The notes beneath the pieces are model-generated. The model was not told where the DNA came from and made no database searches. It was given only the letters and a program-made list of their open reading frames with translations. Both the position numbers and the translations under genes were made by a program. 64,000 nt of DNA, taken from positions 620,001 to 684,000 of the forward strand of contig CM074814.1 in the NCBI GenBank assembly GCA_037447605.1. Direction: 5' to 3'. This DNA comes from Zygnema circumcarinatum SAG 698-1b (Eukaryota > Plantae > Zygnematophyceae). Positions 13,305 to 25,051 of the stretch are shown here, piece by piece (within the stretch, counting starts at the first letter, position 1; every line of letters starts with the position of its first letter).

Positions 13305-14110
13305 CTCGTCTCCCTTGCTGCTGCTTTTCTCGCTGCTTCATTGTCTGCTGCTGCTGATGCTTTTTCTGCTGCTGCCCCTGCTGCTGCACCAGCTGCTTTT
13401 AGTGCTCCTTCTTTCTCTGCTTCTGCTGCTGCTGCTGCTGTTTCTTTTTCAGCTGGTTTTGCTATTGTTGTGCTGTTGCTGCTGCTGCTGTTGTTGCTCC
13501 TGCCGTCTTTTCTGCTGCTGCTGCTGCTTTATTTGCTGCTGCTGCTGCCACTGCTGGTGCTCCTGCTTTTTTTGCTGCTTCTTCTCTGCTACTGCTGCTG
13601 CTTTTGCTTCTTTTTCTGCTACTGCTCTTTTTACTGCTTCTTTTTCTGTTGCATTTTTTGCTGTTTCTTTTCCTGTTGCTGTTGCTATTGTTGTTCTGCT
13701 GCTGCTGCTGCTGCTGATTTTTTTACTGCTTCTTTTTCTGTTGCTTTTGTTGTTGCTTCATTCTCTGCTGCTGTTGCTATTGTTGTTCTGCTGCTGCTGC
13801 TGCTGCTGATTTTTTTACTGCTTTTTCTGTTGCTTTTGTTGTTGCTTCATTCTCTGCTGCTGCTGCTATTGTTGTTCTGTTGCTGCTAGTGCTGCTGGTG
13901 CTTTTTTTACTGCTTTTTTTTTCTGAAGTTTTTTTTGCTGCTTCTTTTTCTGCTGTTGTTGTGTTGTTGTGTTGTTGTTGCTGTGTTGCTGTTGCTGCTG
14001 CTGCTGCTATTGCTGTGCTGCTGGTGCTGGTGCTGCTGTTGTCCTTTCTGCTGCTGCTTTTTCTGCTACTGTTGCAGCATTCATTTTCTTTTTTGCTACT
14101 GCATTCTTCT
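13305..14110 (+). repeat. Degenerate (CTG/TTG)n trinucleotide tract, left arm of the TIR element
   Basis: Visible gctgctgct/gttgtt runs. The mirror (CAG)n tract lies at about 15640-15980. Confidence 0.9.
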
Positions 14111-14265
14111 TCCGCATTCCGCATTGCCCTGTCCTTGTGCTTCCCGTTCCTTATGCTTGTGTTGTGTGTATGATTGCATATAATTCCTCCCCTTCCTTGT
14201 GCTTCCCGTTCCTTGTGCTTGTGTTGTGTGTATGATTGCATATAATTCCTCCCCCTCCCCATTAA

Positions 14266-14336
14266 GTCGAAGTGGCGGATTGGTTACGCAACTGTTGCAA
14301 AACAGGAATAAAGGGGTTCAAATCCCCTCTTCGACC
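14266..14336 (+). tRNA. tRNA-Cys(GCA)-like sequence, probably a pseudo-tRNA (6-nt anticodon loop)
   Basis: Acceptor stem GTCGAAG/CTTCGAC 7/7 paired; D arm GCG/CGC; anticodon arm ACTGT-TGCAAA-ACAGG; T arm AGGGG-TTCAAAT-CCCCT; A-box TGGCGGATTGG and B-box GGTTCAAATCC present. Confidence 0.65.
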
Positions 14337-15496
14337 TGCACTGTTCATTCATTCTTCCATTTGTATTCATTTATAGTTTTTGTGTTTGTGCTTCATGTCT
14401 TATATTTGTTGTTATTTTTCCTAGTTGTTTTTATTGCTTTTTGCCTTTTCCTTCAAAACTTTGAATACGTTTTACATCATATTTTCTTTTGAGCATATAT
14501 AGGTAGTTTGCTAACAAAATTATGCCGGCACACTCAGGAAAAACTGTCTTCTTTGGTTTTTGGAAACCTTGGTGGTATAAGCAACCATATCAAGTGCGGC
14601 AATGGGCTGTATTTGATGCCATCAGTACAGTTATAGAATCCCTTGTAACTGCGTGTGCTCAAAATCCAAAACGTCCGGACTTAGGAGAAACAAGCTGATA
14701 AAGGTGCAATTGATTCAACAACAATACAAAAAATATCATTAGAATGATCGACGTGTGGGCAAAGGAGGGACAAAGTGGGCGGGGGTGGGAAGACGAGGAT
14801 CAACAAGAGAGACTGGAGAGGGTTGAGATCCACTAAAGAGGAGAGCGAGAGTGAGTCGGGGATAAGGCATAAGAGGGAGACAACAACAAGAAGACTGTAA
14901 GGGGCAAAGAACACAAGATGCTAAGATGTCACATACTAAGATGGGGAAGGAGACACACGGGGTGGAACAGGAAGGGAAGTGACAGAAAAAAGAGAGGGCA
15001 AGACACAGCAAGGTAAGCGAAAGAGAGATAAGAAGGGAGGGGACAGGAAAGGGGGGGGAAGATGGAAGAACAAGGCAGGGAAAAACAGAGAATGGAGCGT
15101 GAGAGGGAGAGAGAGTGGGAGGGGGAGGGAGCAAGTGAGCACACGGAGACAAACATGAGGAGAGATGGGCAAAAGAAAGGGTCGCAGGTGGCAAACTAGA
15201 CGGACGTCTATATGAATAATCTTAACAGACAGGAAGACAGTCTGTCAGCAGACCAGCCGTTCAAATGGAGTTTCCAAACACCAAGCTGCGAAGAGAGTGA
15301 AAAACAAAAAACAAACGCACCAAGGCCAGCATAAAGAGAGAGGAGGAAGCGGGTGAGGGATGGGGGGAATGCACAAACAACAGAAGTGAGAATGGGAGAG
15401 AGAGGGCACAAAGAGGGGGGAGGGGCAGAGAAAAAGCAAAAGCACAAACACAAAAATTATAAATGAATAAAAATAAAAGAATGAATAAATCGTACA

Positions 15497-15567
15497 AGTC
15501 GAAGAGGGGATTTGAACCCCTTTATTACTGTTTTGCAACAGTTGCGTAACCAATCCGCCACTTCGAC
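15497..15567 (-). tRNA. tRNA-Cys(GCA)-like sequence, second inverted copy (6-nt anticodon loop, U73)
   Basis: Same cloverleaf on the minus strand; anticodon stem ACTGT/ACAGT fully paired; discriminator U; T-rich tract downstream. Confidence 0.65.
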
Positions 15568-16779
15568 ATAATGGGGAGGGGGAGGAATAACATGCAATCA
15601 TACACAACACAAGCATAGGCAAAGGAACAGGCAGCAGAAGAAGAAGAAGAAGAGGCAGCAGCAACAGCAGAAAAAGCAAGAGCAAAAAAAAGCAGCAGCA
15701 TAGAAAGCAGCAGCANNNNNNNNNNCAGCAGCAGCAGGAGCTGTAGCAGCAGCAGCAGGATAAGAAGCGGTTGGAGCTGCAGCAGTAGCAGCAGAAACAG
15801 CAGCAACAGCAGTAGCAGCGGCAGCAGCACAACACAAAAACAATAGCAGAAACAGCAGATGAAGAAGAAGAAGAGGCAGCAGCAGCAGCAAAAAAACCAA
15901 AAGAAAAAAAGCGCCAGCTTAAAAAGCAGGAGCAACATCAACAACAGCAGCATAAAAAGCAGCAGCAGCAGCAGTAGCAAAAAGAGCACCAATGGAGACA
16001 AGGGGGGCATGAGCAAAGGCGAGGGAGGCAGGGGCAGGTGCAAGAGCACAGGAGGCAGGGGCAAGGGAAAGGGAGGCAGGGGGAAGGGCAGAGAAGGCAG
16101 GTGCAGAGGCAAGGGCAAGGGAGGCAGGTGCAAGGGCACGGGAGGCAGGGGCAAGGGTAAGGGAGGCAGGGGCAAGGGCAAGGACTCACCGCTGCTCAAG
16201 TCCGCCGTCGTCCCTAAAAACCGATCGCGCTTTTGCCGTGGTCGACGGCACACCGCTCACCGTTCACCGTTCACTGGGGTGAGGCGAGAGGACGCTCTGC
16301 TCACTCCGCTGCAAGGATGGCTCGGGCGATGGCGAGGGAGGAGCCCTATACCCTAAACCCGAGCTGATCTGAGCTCGCAGCGAGCGAGCAGGTGGGCAGG
16401 CGGCGGGCGCGAGGCGCCGCGGCGGGACGCCGCTCGCGCGGTGGTGACGCGCATGGCGACAAAACGGAGGGCGGCGGGCGGCGGGCGGCGGAGGGAGCGC
16501 GTGGGGCCGAAAAGGGGGGAGTCAAACCTGGGCCGGAGATACGGAGGCAAAATAATTGCTCTCTGGAATTCGTGACGCCCGAGCCTGTCGAACGTCCACT
16601 TTTCGCGGAATTGGGCTGCCGTACAACGCGGAATTAGGGTCGGGGGTTTTCTGAATTGATTTGGCGCTGGTCTAAGTCTGACTCCCCCTATTATAAACAT
16701 TGTCGCTTTTACGCGACTACACTGTACATAAAAATCTGCAGTTCAACACTGAACTGTAAAACTTGCACAGTTCGGACCA

Positions 16780-17092
16780 TTGGATCGGCAACCATTGGAC
16801 AACCATTGGATGGCAATGGTTGGACGCTACTGGTTGGCAACCAGTCGACTGGTTGCCAACAAGTGGCATCCACTGGTTCCAAACCAGGCAACCAGTCGAA
16901 TGGTTGTTTCGGTCGGCAACCACTGGTTGGCAACCAGTCGAATGGTTGTTTCGATCCGGCGGCACTGGTTGGCAACCAGTCGAATGGTTGCCAACCAGTG
17001 GATCCACAGGTTGGCAACCAATCGAATGGTTATATCCATTAAATCAAAAGGTTGGCAACCATTAAATCACTAGTTGTCAACGGTTGGCAACC
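16780..17092. repeat. Short satellite built on the palindromic core CTGGTTGGCAACCAG
   Basis: About 8-10 copies of (ct)ggttg(g/c)caacc(ag), often followed by tcgaatggttg, with variable spacing. Confidence 0.8.
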
Positions 17093-18749
17093 CACCAAAA
17101 AACACATACGACCCATTTTTGAGCCCCTACATCTCCCTACACGTTTGACTTACAGTAAACTATTAGTTTCCTCTTTTTGAAGTACTCACGGAACCCTAAG
17201 CCTAGCCTGAACCCTAAGCCTCGCCTGAACCCTAAATCTGGACTCCTGCTCCTCCTCGCGATTCTGACTGCTCTCACAAAGCGCGCACTCATGCGCTCTA
17301 CGGCGACGGAACAAAACAAAACAAAATAAATTCAGCAGAGCATGTCCATCCACCCAAGAGAAGAAAATGAGCACAGAAAACACACACATCGCAGTATTCG
17401 CATTTTCAGATGATCACATACAGTTGAAAGAAATTCATATCAGAAATTTCAGAGTGTGCAGTTTTGCTGAAAATAAAAAGACTGCCAAAAGTAGTGGAAG
17501 TTTCAAAAATAAAATAACGAAGCACTTCAAAATTATGAAGGAACGAATTTACGATTTTTTATATGAAATGAAGTTACAGCTTCAAGACTGAGCCTTCAAC
17601 TCCAGCCCTTAGACTCTACCACACTTTTAAACTCCTAAATGAATACCCCCAACCTTCCTTACCCACCTTCCCTCTCTCTCTCTCTATCTTCTTTTTCTCA
17701 CTCCATCCTTCTCTCTCTCATTCCCTCCCTCCTTCCCTATCTCCCTCCCTCCCTCCTCCAATATTTGCTTGCTTGTTTGCTTGCTTGTTTGCCCGCCTTC
17801 TTGCTTGCGTGTCTCCCTCCCTCTTTCCTTTCCTCCTACCTCCCTGCCTCCGTCCATCACATTTTTCAATTGTCATCATTCACATAATCCGGATAGTTTC
17901 CTCCTACCTCCTTGCCTCCTTCATGAAGACATGTTGTACGCATATGGATTTTCGATTCATTGAAGGGAATTTGGGAGGAATTGAATGGAATTTGGGAGAA
18001 GAGTTTGTCCAACTATTTTCAATCTCTTTTAGATGACAAGGTGGTTGCAAGGATCTTGGACGACCACCTCTACGTTGGTTGCAGGTATTGACTTTTATTA
18101 TGCAGCATGTTCCTTTTGTTTCTATTGTTTTTTTTTTATGTTGTTTTTCTATCGCTTTTTTTCTTTGTGACAAAAATTCCCAACTCTAATTTGAACACAT
18201 AATTTTAGCTTACTCTAACATTACCTTTGCCATTATCTCAACTTTGAACCCTATTCTCAACTTTTTGTATGACAAACCTTAGACTCATCACAAAAGTGAC
18301 CTTAGATTGTAAATGTTGTTGTTGTAAATCTTATATTTATATTAGTACCTTTTTTTACAACTTCAAATGTCGTCACTTAATTGAGTAAGAATTCAAATCT
18401 TTCATTCTTTGAGTTCTTAAATGCTTACAATTTTGCTACGTCGTTTTAGCTAACACTTCGTATTATAGGGATACACTATGCAATTATCATAGATTCGTAT
18501 TTTGATCTCATCATTGGATTGGGGATGCAGACAACTCTTCTCGTATGAAAGCATTGAATTTGATTGGCGATGTTGAAATGGACCAATGGGTTCTCATAAA
18601 GGAAACTGACGTGGGCTTTTACTACAAAGGCTCTTTAGTGAAGAATAGACAACTTTGTTTTATAAAACTGAAGACAAATGACAACGTGTAGACTTTCAAC
18701 CATAATTGAACTTTTATAATCCCGTGAAAGTTGCCTAAGTGATATTAAA

Positions 18750-19035
18750 CTCTACCTTCAAATTTGGAGAAGGCGAATATACTCTAAAATTTCCTAGTTC
18801 TTTTGCCAATGTTGGAGATTATGTTTATGGAGTTTTTAGTCATGATTTTTAAGTGGGTGATTATAGAACAGTGTTGAGACTATATACGGAACATACTATT
18901 TGACGTTTAGATGAGTCGATGGGAAAATGGAGAGTCGTTAGAGTCATTGAAGGGCATCTAAATATTAGGAATAGTTTTTATTTTCAGCTTGTAGCCGTTG
19001 AAAATATGTTCATTGTGGTACATTGTCGTCGTCCC
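18750..19035 (+). pseudogene. Degenerate coding relic, possibly kelch/F-box-kelch-like, in an AT-rich island
   Basis: One frame reads ..FANVGDYVYGVFSHDF*VGDYRTVLRLYTEHTI*RLDESMGKWRVVRVIEG..FQLVAVENMFIVV with two stops. Family resemblance is weak. Confidence 0.25.
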
Positions 19036-19868
19036 TATTTTGTGAGTGCACTTAAAATTCAGGACGGAAGGGAAGACTTAATTTAGGAGTTTCAACACGT
19101 AGTTAATATAACAGATTTTATTCCAAAACTGAATAGTGTATTATCTATTGTCGTTACAAAATTCGCAGTTTAAGAAATACTTTTAAAATGCTATGACGAA
19201 TGGTCATATGGTCAAATGTCGAAAAAGAAAACATTGTCTTCTTTTTAAGCGTTCAAATATTCAAAATTGTATCGTAATCCAGGTACCTTCAGTATTGTGA
19301 ATGAGTGCCTACTTTAAGTGCAACATGTTTGAATTTTTTTTTCCCGATTCTAGCAAGTTTAGCTAATAATGCTTCAGTGTTATCTGTGCTTGCAATAATC
19401 GATTGCATGAAGGCTGTAAATGCAACCCCTTCAATGTCGATTCAATGTCGACTCATTTCTAACAGAGATTCCCCCACGGAAAATGAAATCTCAATCTGCT
19501 CAAGTCATTTCCACAGAGTTGAGAGCTCTTTTCAGCCCTCCACTTGACCATGCCTCCTTCCCCGTCCTTATTAGCCTCACAAAACAGGTAAAGCGGTCCT
19601 ACATGGCGGATGCTACACTCTAAATTTTAATAACATCTCATTTTAATATCGTGTTATGAGACACTCTCAACAAAGAGGATACATTTGCATTGGCCATGAT
19701 GGCGATGCCATCAGATCTGCATGGACAAAACCCGCATGGGCACCACGAGGACCTCCCACAAGGCCCCGTCGCCTCCTCTCTCTCTCTCCTTGGGACCCGC
19801 GAACGCTAACACCAAACCTGTGGCTGATATTCATGTTTATGTTTATGACGCAAGCAATGGCCTTGAAG

Positions 19869-22538
19869 TAGGGTTGGGGGCACGGGGCACGGGCATGCCC
19901 GGGGGGGGGGCATGCCCCCCATTTTTGACCGTCCGTGCCCGGGGCACGCCTCCAAAAAATTTCCCCATATATTTCGTGCCCCCCCGTGCCCCCTGTCACG
20001 TGACGCTTACCTCGTACGACCGGGCCCGGGCCGGTGACGATTGAAGACAGCGTTCAGTTCCGCATCGCAACTATCTCTTTCTAACAAAAAAGAAAAGAGA
20101 GAAAAAGCACTCAGTAAAATGATTTGGCATTGATCTCACTCAGTAACTATGTGTACAGTAATAGTAACACGCAAAAATCTGTTCGATTTTGTTGTCTTCA
20201 CGACCTGCTTAACACACCCTTGTAGATGTGGTACCTCCTTGTTCTTCGATCTGTTCTTTCATTCTTTTGCTTGGGGCTGTTTATGCTGTCAGTGAGATCT
20301 TGTGCTTCCGCAATTGTGGCGTCTCCGAGCCCAAGGCGTGGAGGGATGTCCGAGGCATCCTCTTCTCGGGCAGGAGGTACCACATCTACAACCCTCCTGC
20401 CTCTTCCTCCCTCATCCCTCCCTCGTGTCTCCTTGCCTCCTTGCCTCCAGCCTCCTCCCTCCCTCTCTTACCTCTCGCATGCCTCCTGCCTCCTGCACTT
20501 TGCTCCTTGCCTCCTCCCTCCTCCCTTTTGCCATGGCTGCTACAACAAAGGATGGAGATTAGCTGCCACGTCTGGAAGCAAAAGGAAGGTAGGAAGGGCA
20601 CAGACTCTTCTTCCTCTTCTTCCTCCTCCTCCCGTGATGTCTACTACTCGCCCGTTACCAGAAGAAAGTCGACCAACCTTTATGCAGTCTTTGCGTAGTG
20701 AACCTCTCGAATGGGTGCAACCGGAGTCTGCTTTGTCAAATGCGTGGGATGGGTTCCTCCGCTCTCAAAAGAAGAAAGAGGGGTCAACTAATCGTTACGC
20801 AGCTAAGTGCAGTCGATGTGATGTGTCTATGGACGGGAAACCAGACCGCCTTGAAGCTCATGTACGAAAGTGTGAAAGCATGACTGCAGAAGACTGTGAA
20901 GCTTACAGATTGATGAGAAAAGCCAATCCAAATGGCCAAATGAAGGACGTTAGGGCACTTAGGTTAGCCCGTTCACGTGTACTTGGGAATCAAAGTCAAC
21001 TCAAAATCCTACCAAAACGCAGCCGCTCTGAAGTCACGGATGTAAATTCAGGTGGATCACATCATTTGACTGACTACTACCCACGACCGATGAGTAAAGA
21101 CACATTGGATGGTCTCCATATGCGGCTTCTCAATAGCTGCATCAGCTCTGGTTTACCCTTTCGAGTGGTATAAAACTCGCATTTCAGAGATTTTCTTGAA
21201 CAGTTAAACCCTGCATACACATTACCTTCTCGGAGCACACTGACAAACACCATTCTTCCTAGGGCCTATGGTGATACTTGGTCAAAGACAATAGAGACGA
21301 TATCCCAGATTACAAATGTTACTTTAGCATTGGATGGTTGGACCGATGTCTCTGGCAATCAATTTTTTGGATTTATGGCTTTAACAGGGGAAGGTAGGGG
21401 TCTTATCCTAAGTATCGAGCACCTGACAAATAGGCCAACATCGGACAATCTTTTGACCCTTTTATCAAAAGTCATAGCTAAAGTCGGACTATCAGTTTCA
21501 AAGTCAGTTCGTGCTATTGTCACAGATAATCCTACTGTTATGACATGTCTGAGGGGGAGATTTTTGGAAGAGAATCCTGGTGTAGTCTCTATCAATTGCA
21601 TTCTTCACACTTTTAATAGCTTGACCAGGGATATAGCAAGTTTGTCTTCAGTCAAGGAAGTGTTCAAGGCCAACCAGACGATAGTTAATTTCTTCAGCAG
21701 GTCTCACTTTTGGAGTTCAACTCTGAAGAAATGGATGAAATTGGCAAACATCAAGAGGTGGCTTTCAACCTTTTGTGAGGCACGTTGGTATTCTATGGTA
21801 CTCGTATGTGAGAGTGTCCAAGAGTTCTCGGAAGGATTCAAATATTGCTTGGAGGTGGCAGGCAAAGACAACAATCCTAGTGTGGATATGCGAATCAAGA
21901 ACATTATTGGAGATACAGTGCACTTCGCAAGGAACGAGCAGTTGCTCCAAGTTTTACGACCAATAGGTGATGCAATTGCCCGTCTAGAGAGATATGACGC
22001 AACAGTGGACNNNNNNNNNNCTGACTAGATACATCACTTTAGAGGAGGTACAAGTGGGGGATTTGACGGCTGAAGGGGAGTTACCTGCAGAATCGTTTAC
22101 CGATGATCTGGATGAAACCATTATGGAGGAGGACGTTAGCACTCTACAAGAGCAACATCTCCAACCATTCATTGATTTATCTGTTTATTTTGATTTTGAT
22201 GCTTACTATGCAGATGAAAGTGTTCCAGCATCGGCGGTAGCTATTAGTCCTAGTCGAGAGCAGTGGGATATGGAAGCATTTTTAGAGCATTAGATTACTT
22301 GTGAAGACCGATTTCTCTTGGTTTTTTATGTTGTTTTGCTTTCAGTATTTCAAAGACCTTAAAGATTTTGGGTTTACAGCAATAACAATAACATCAGTAG
22401 CAGCAACAATAACAACTAAGAGGTGCCACATATCATAGTATTGGTGGTGCTTTTGTTAGTAATGGGAGACTCTTGGGAGGGTGTTGAAAATAGAAGACCG
22501 ATTTCCACATTCCACATTTCCGATTTCCATTTTCAATT

Positions 22539-22588
<50 letters not shown>

Positions 22589-22974
22589 GGGTGAGGAGTG
22601 GGAGGCAGACAAGAGATAAGAGGGGTAATACAAGTGAGAAGAGGCATAAGGAGAGTTGAGAGGTGAGAACTAAAAGCTAAAAAACTGTGTTGTGCTGGAT
22701 CCTCAGTTTTGAGAGTTGTGTTGAGTACTATCCGTACTTTTCATAATTTTCCGTACATTTGTACCTTGATCCGTACGTTTAGTACATTCATCTGTACTTT
22801 CCGTACCTTCATTCGTACCGTTTTTTAAATATTATATTCTTTTTGGGGCCGATTTGAATTGCTCAATGCAGTCACGTCACGGGGCGCGTGCCCAGGGGCA
22901 TGCCCCCCCCCCAAGGGGGGGGGGGGCACGTGCCCCTGGGCACGGGTCGGAGGGGGACCGTGCCCCCAACCCTA
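19869..22974 (+). mobile_element. hAT DNA transposon
   Basis: Perfect 17-bp TIR TAGGGTTGGGGGCACGG / CCGTGCCCCCAACCCTA; perfect 8-bp TSD CCTTGAAG (19861-68, 22975-82); GGGCAC subterminal repeats at both ends; internal transposase. Confidence 0.95.
20637..22293 (+). pseudogene. hAT transposase (BED-type zinc finger + DUF659-like core) with one in-frame stop and an assembly gap
   Basis: CSRC..HVRKC zinc finger; GLPFRVV*NSHF (TAA at 21171-73, same frame continues); LALDGWTD, IVTDN, CILHTFN, FCEARWYS, LRPIGDAIARLE. N gap at 22011-20 precedes an acidic C-terminus. Confidence 0.85.
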
Positions 22975-23169
22975 CCTTGAAGCCAAAGATATAGATATTT
23001 CCTTCAGATGACGTCAGTTTCTACGTCAGAAACCCGGGTTTAGTGTTTGGTGACGTATGCAACAGCACTGCTCACGTCATCAAATGAACGGCTAGCTTGA
23101 GAGGCACACTTCCGCGCTTCATCTTTTCGACTCACTCCACTCTCTGCCTGACGAAGCTGCGCTGCTGCC

Positions 23170-23187
23170 ATGGCTGATAAGGTGCGG

Positions 23188-23251
<64 letters not shown>

Positions 23252-25010
23252 TCTCACTCTCGCTCTCTTTTTCTCTCTCTCTCTCTTTCTCTCTCTGTGC
23301 CCTTTTGTCTCCTTTCATCTTCTCCCTCTCTCTCTCCAGCTCTGTCTCTGTCCCTCCCTGACTTGCTGTCAGTCTTTGCAATGCAATTACTTTTTACCTT
23401 TTCCTCATCATTCTCCCTCTCCCCGCTTTGTCTCCCTCCGTTATTTCATTCTTGCTAAGCGCAGTACACCGCGGTCCCTGCATTCCTAATGCCAAACTTT
23501 CTTTCTCAAACTAATCTCCACCTTTAGATCTTGAAGGCAAAGTCCGTTTATTAACGCTTTCTTAACCGAAAAGTTACCCTTATTTTAAATTCTCATCGTT
23601 TACACGAAACCCTTGATTTGAACTTTGACTCTAACGTAAACTCTAACCCTGCGGCTGAGTCTACATATTAACGTTGCACTCGTGCCCTTACACTCATTAG
23701 TACCTCTAATTAAGCAACCTTAATCCTGAGTGTTTACTCTGAGCCCTGAGCCCCACCGTTAAACACCATTTTCCACCCTTGCTTATTCCAAGGCCTTCCC
23801 TCTGTCCTTAACCATAATCCCTAGTGCTCACTCCAAACTCATATTCCAATCCCGACCCCAGTATCAATTCCTAATTTTAATCCAAATTCCTATTACTTTT
23901 TCAAGCCCTAATCTGGAAGCTAACCCTAATCCTCACTACCCTAATCCAAGCCCCTAATCCTGACTACATTTTCAAGCCCTAATCTGGAAGCTAACCCTAA
24001 TCCTCACTACCCTAATCCAAGCCCTAATCCTGACTACATTTTCAAACCCTAATCTGGAAGCTAACCCTAATCCTCACTACCCTAATCCAAGCCCCTAATC
24101 CTGAATACATTTTCAAACCCTAATCTGGAAGCTAACCCTAATCCTCACTACCCTAATCCAAGCCCCTAATCCTGACTACATTTTCAAACCCTAATCTGGA
24201 AGCTAACCCTAATCCTCACTACCCTAATCCAAGCCCTAATCCTGACTACATCTTCACGCCCTGATCTGGAAGCTAACCCTAATCTTACTCTCTCTCCCCC
24301 CTCCCCTGCAGGTGTGTGTTGTCATTGGAGGCGGCGGCTTTGTCGGCCGCTGTTTGGTGAGGCGGTTGCTGCAGGAGGGGAAGTGGACCGTTCGTATTGT
24401 GGACTTGGCCCCGGAGCTCCGCTTCAATGGGGCGGCCAATGACGACGAAATTCTGCTCGCCTTGGAAGGCGGGCGAGCTCATTACATGAGTGCTGATGTT
24501 CGGGACAGTGCAGCCGTGCGAGAAGGTAAAGAAGAGGGAAGAGTAAGTGTTGGTAGTGTTGAGAGTGGTAGGATGATTGGGATTCTCGGGATGGTTGGGA
24601 TTGTTGGGAACAATGGGATTATTATGAAGTCATATGGATTTGTTCGGAGATTGTATGAATAATGCGTTGCAGGATCTGTTTGGTTTGTGTTATTTGATGT
24701 GTTGTTTCTGTGTACGGTTTGTTTCCGTTACTTTGCAGCATGTAAAGGTGCCTCCGTTGTGTTCCACATGGCTTCTCCGGATCCGAATCTTGATAACTAC
24801 GATCTGCACTATGCAGTAAATGTGACAGGTATTTATCTTCTGAATCTTGATAAACTATCTCTTGTTGAGTTGCTTGCGGATTTCAAAGCAGTCTTTGCTC
24901 ATCGTGAAGCGAGAAAGATTGTCTTCATGAGCCTTGAACGAGTGAGACTCTAATGAATTGCTCAGCGGTGAGACGGAGGTCAGAGAGAAGGGAGAGAGAG
25001 AGGAAGGGAG

Positions 25011-25051
<41 letters not shown>

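Larger units (their letters stand above)
12697..16688. mobile_element. Non-autonomous TIR DNA transposon (about 4 kb) with inverted CTG/CAG-rich arms, each carrying a tRNA-like module
   Basis: TIR GGGGGAGTCAGAC perfect for 13 bp (26 bp with 3 mismatches), flanked by TA on both sides (12695-96, 16689-90). The left arm (CT-rich, CTG repeats, then 14160-14390) mirrors the right arm (15430-15620, CAG repeats, GA-rich). No transposase ORF; N gap at 15716-25. Confidence 0.75.

Noticed and set aside
13159-16356. Long poly-Leu/Cys/Ala/Gly ORFs in the ORF track
   Set aside because: They are by-products of CTG/CAG and GGCAAG repeats, open in several frames at once.
16780-17092. CRISPR-like array
   Set aside because: The spacers are short, variable and derived from the repeat itself; there are no cas genes and the context is eukaryotic.
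12586-17128. Larger hAT-like element with TAGGGCT termini
   Set aside because: Only 7 bp match, and the flanking 8-mers (GTAACAAT vs CATCTCCC) do not form a TSD.
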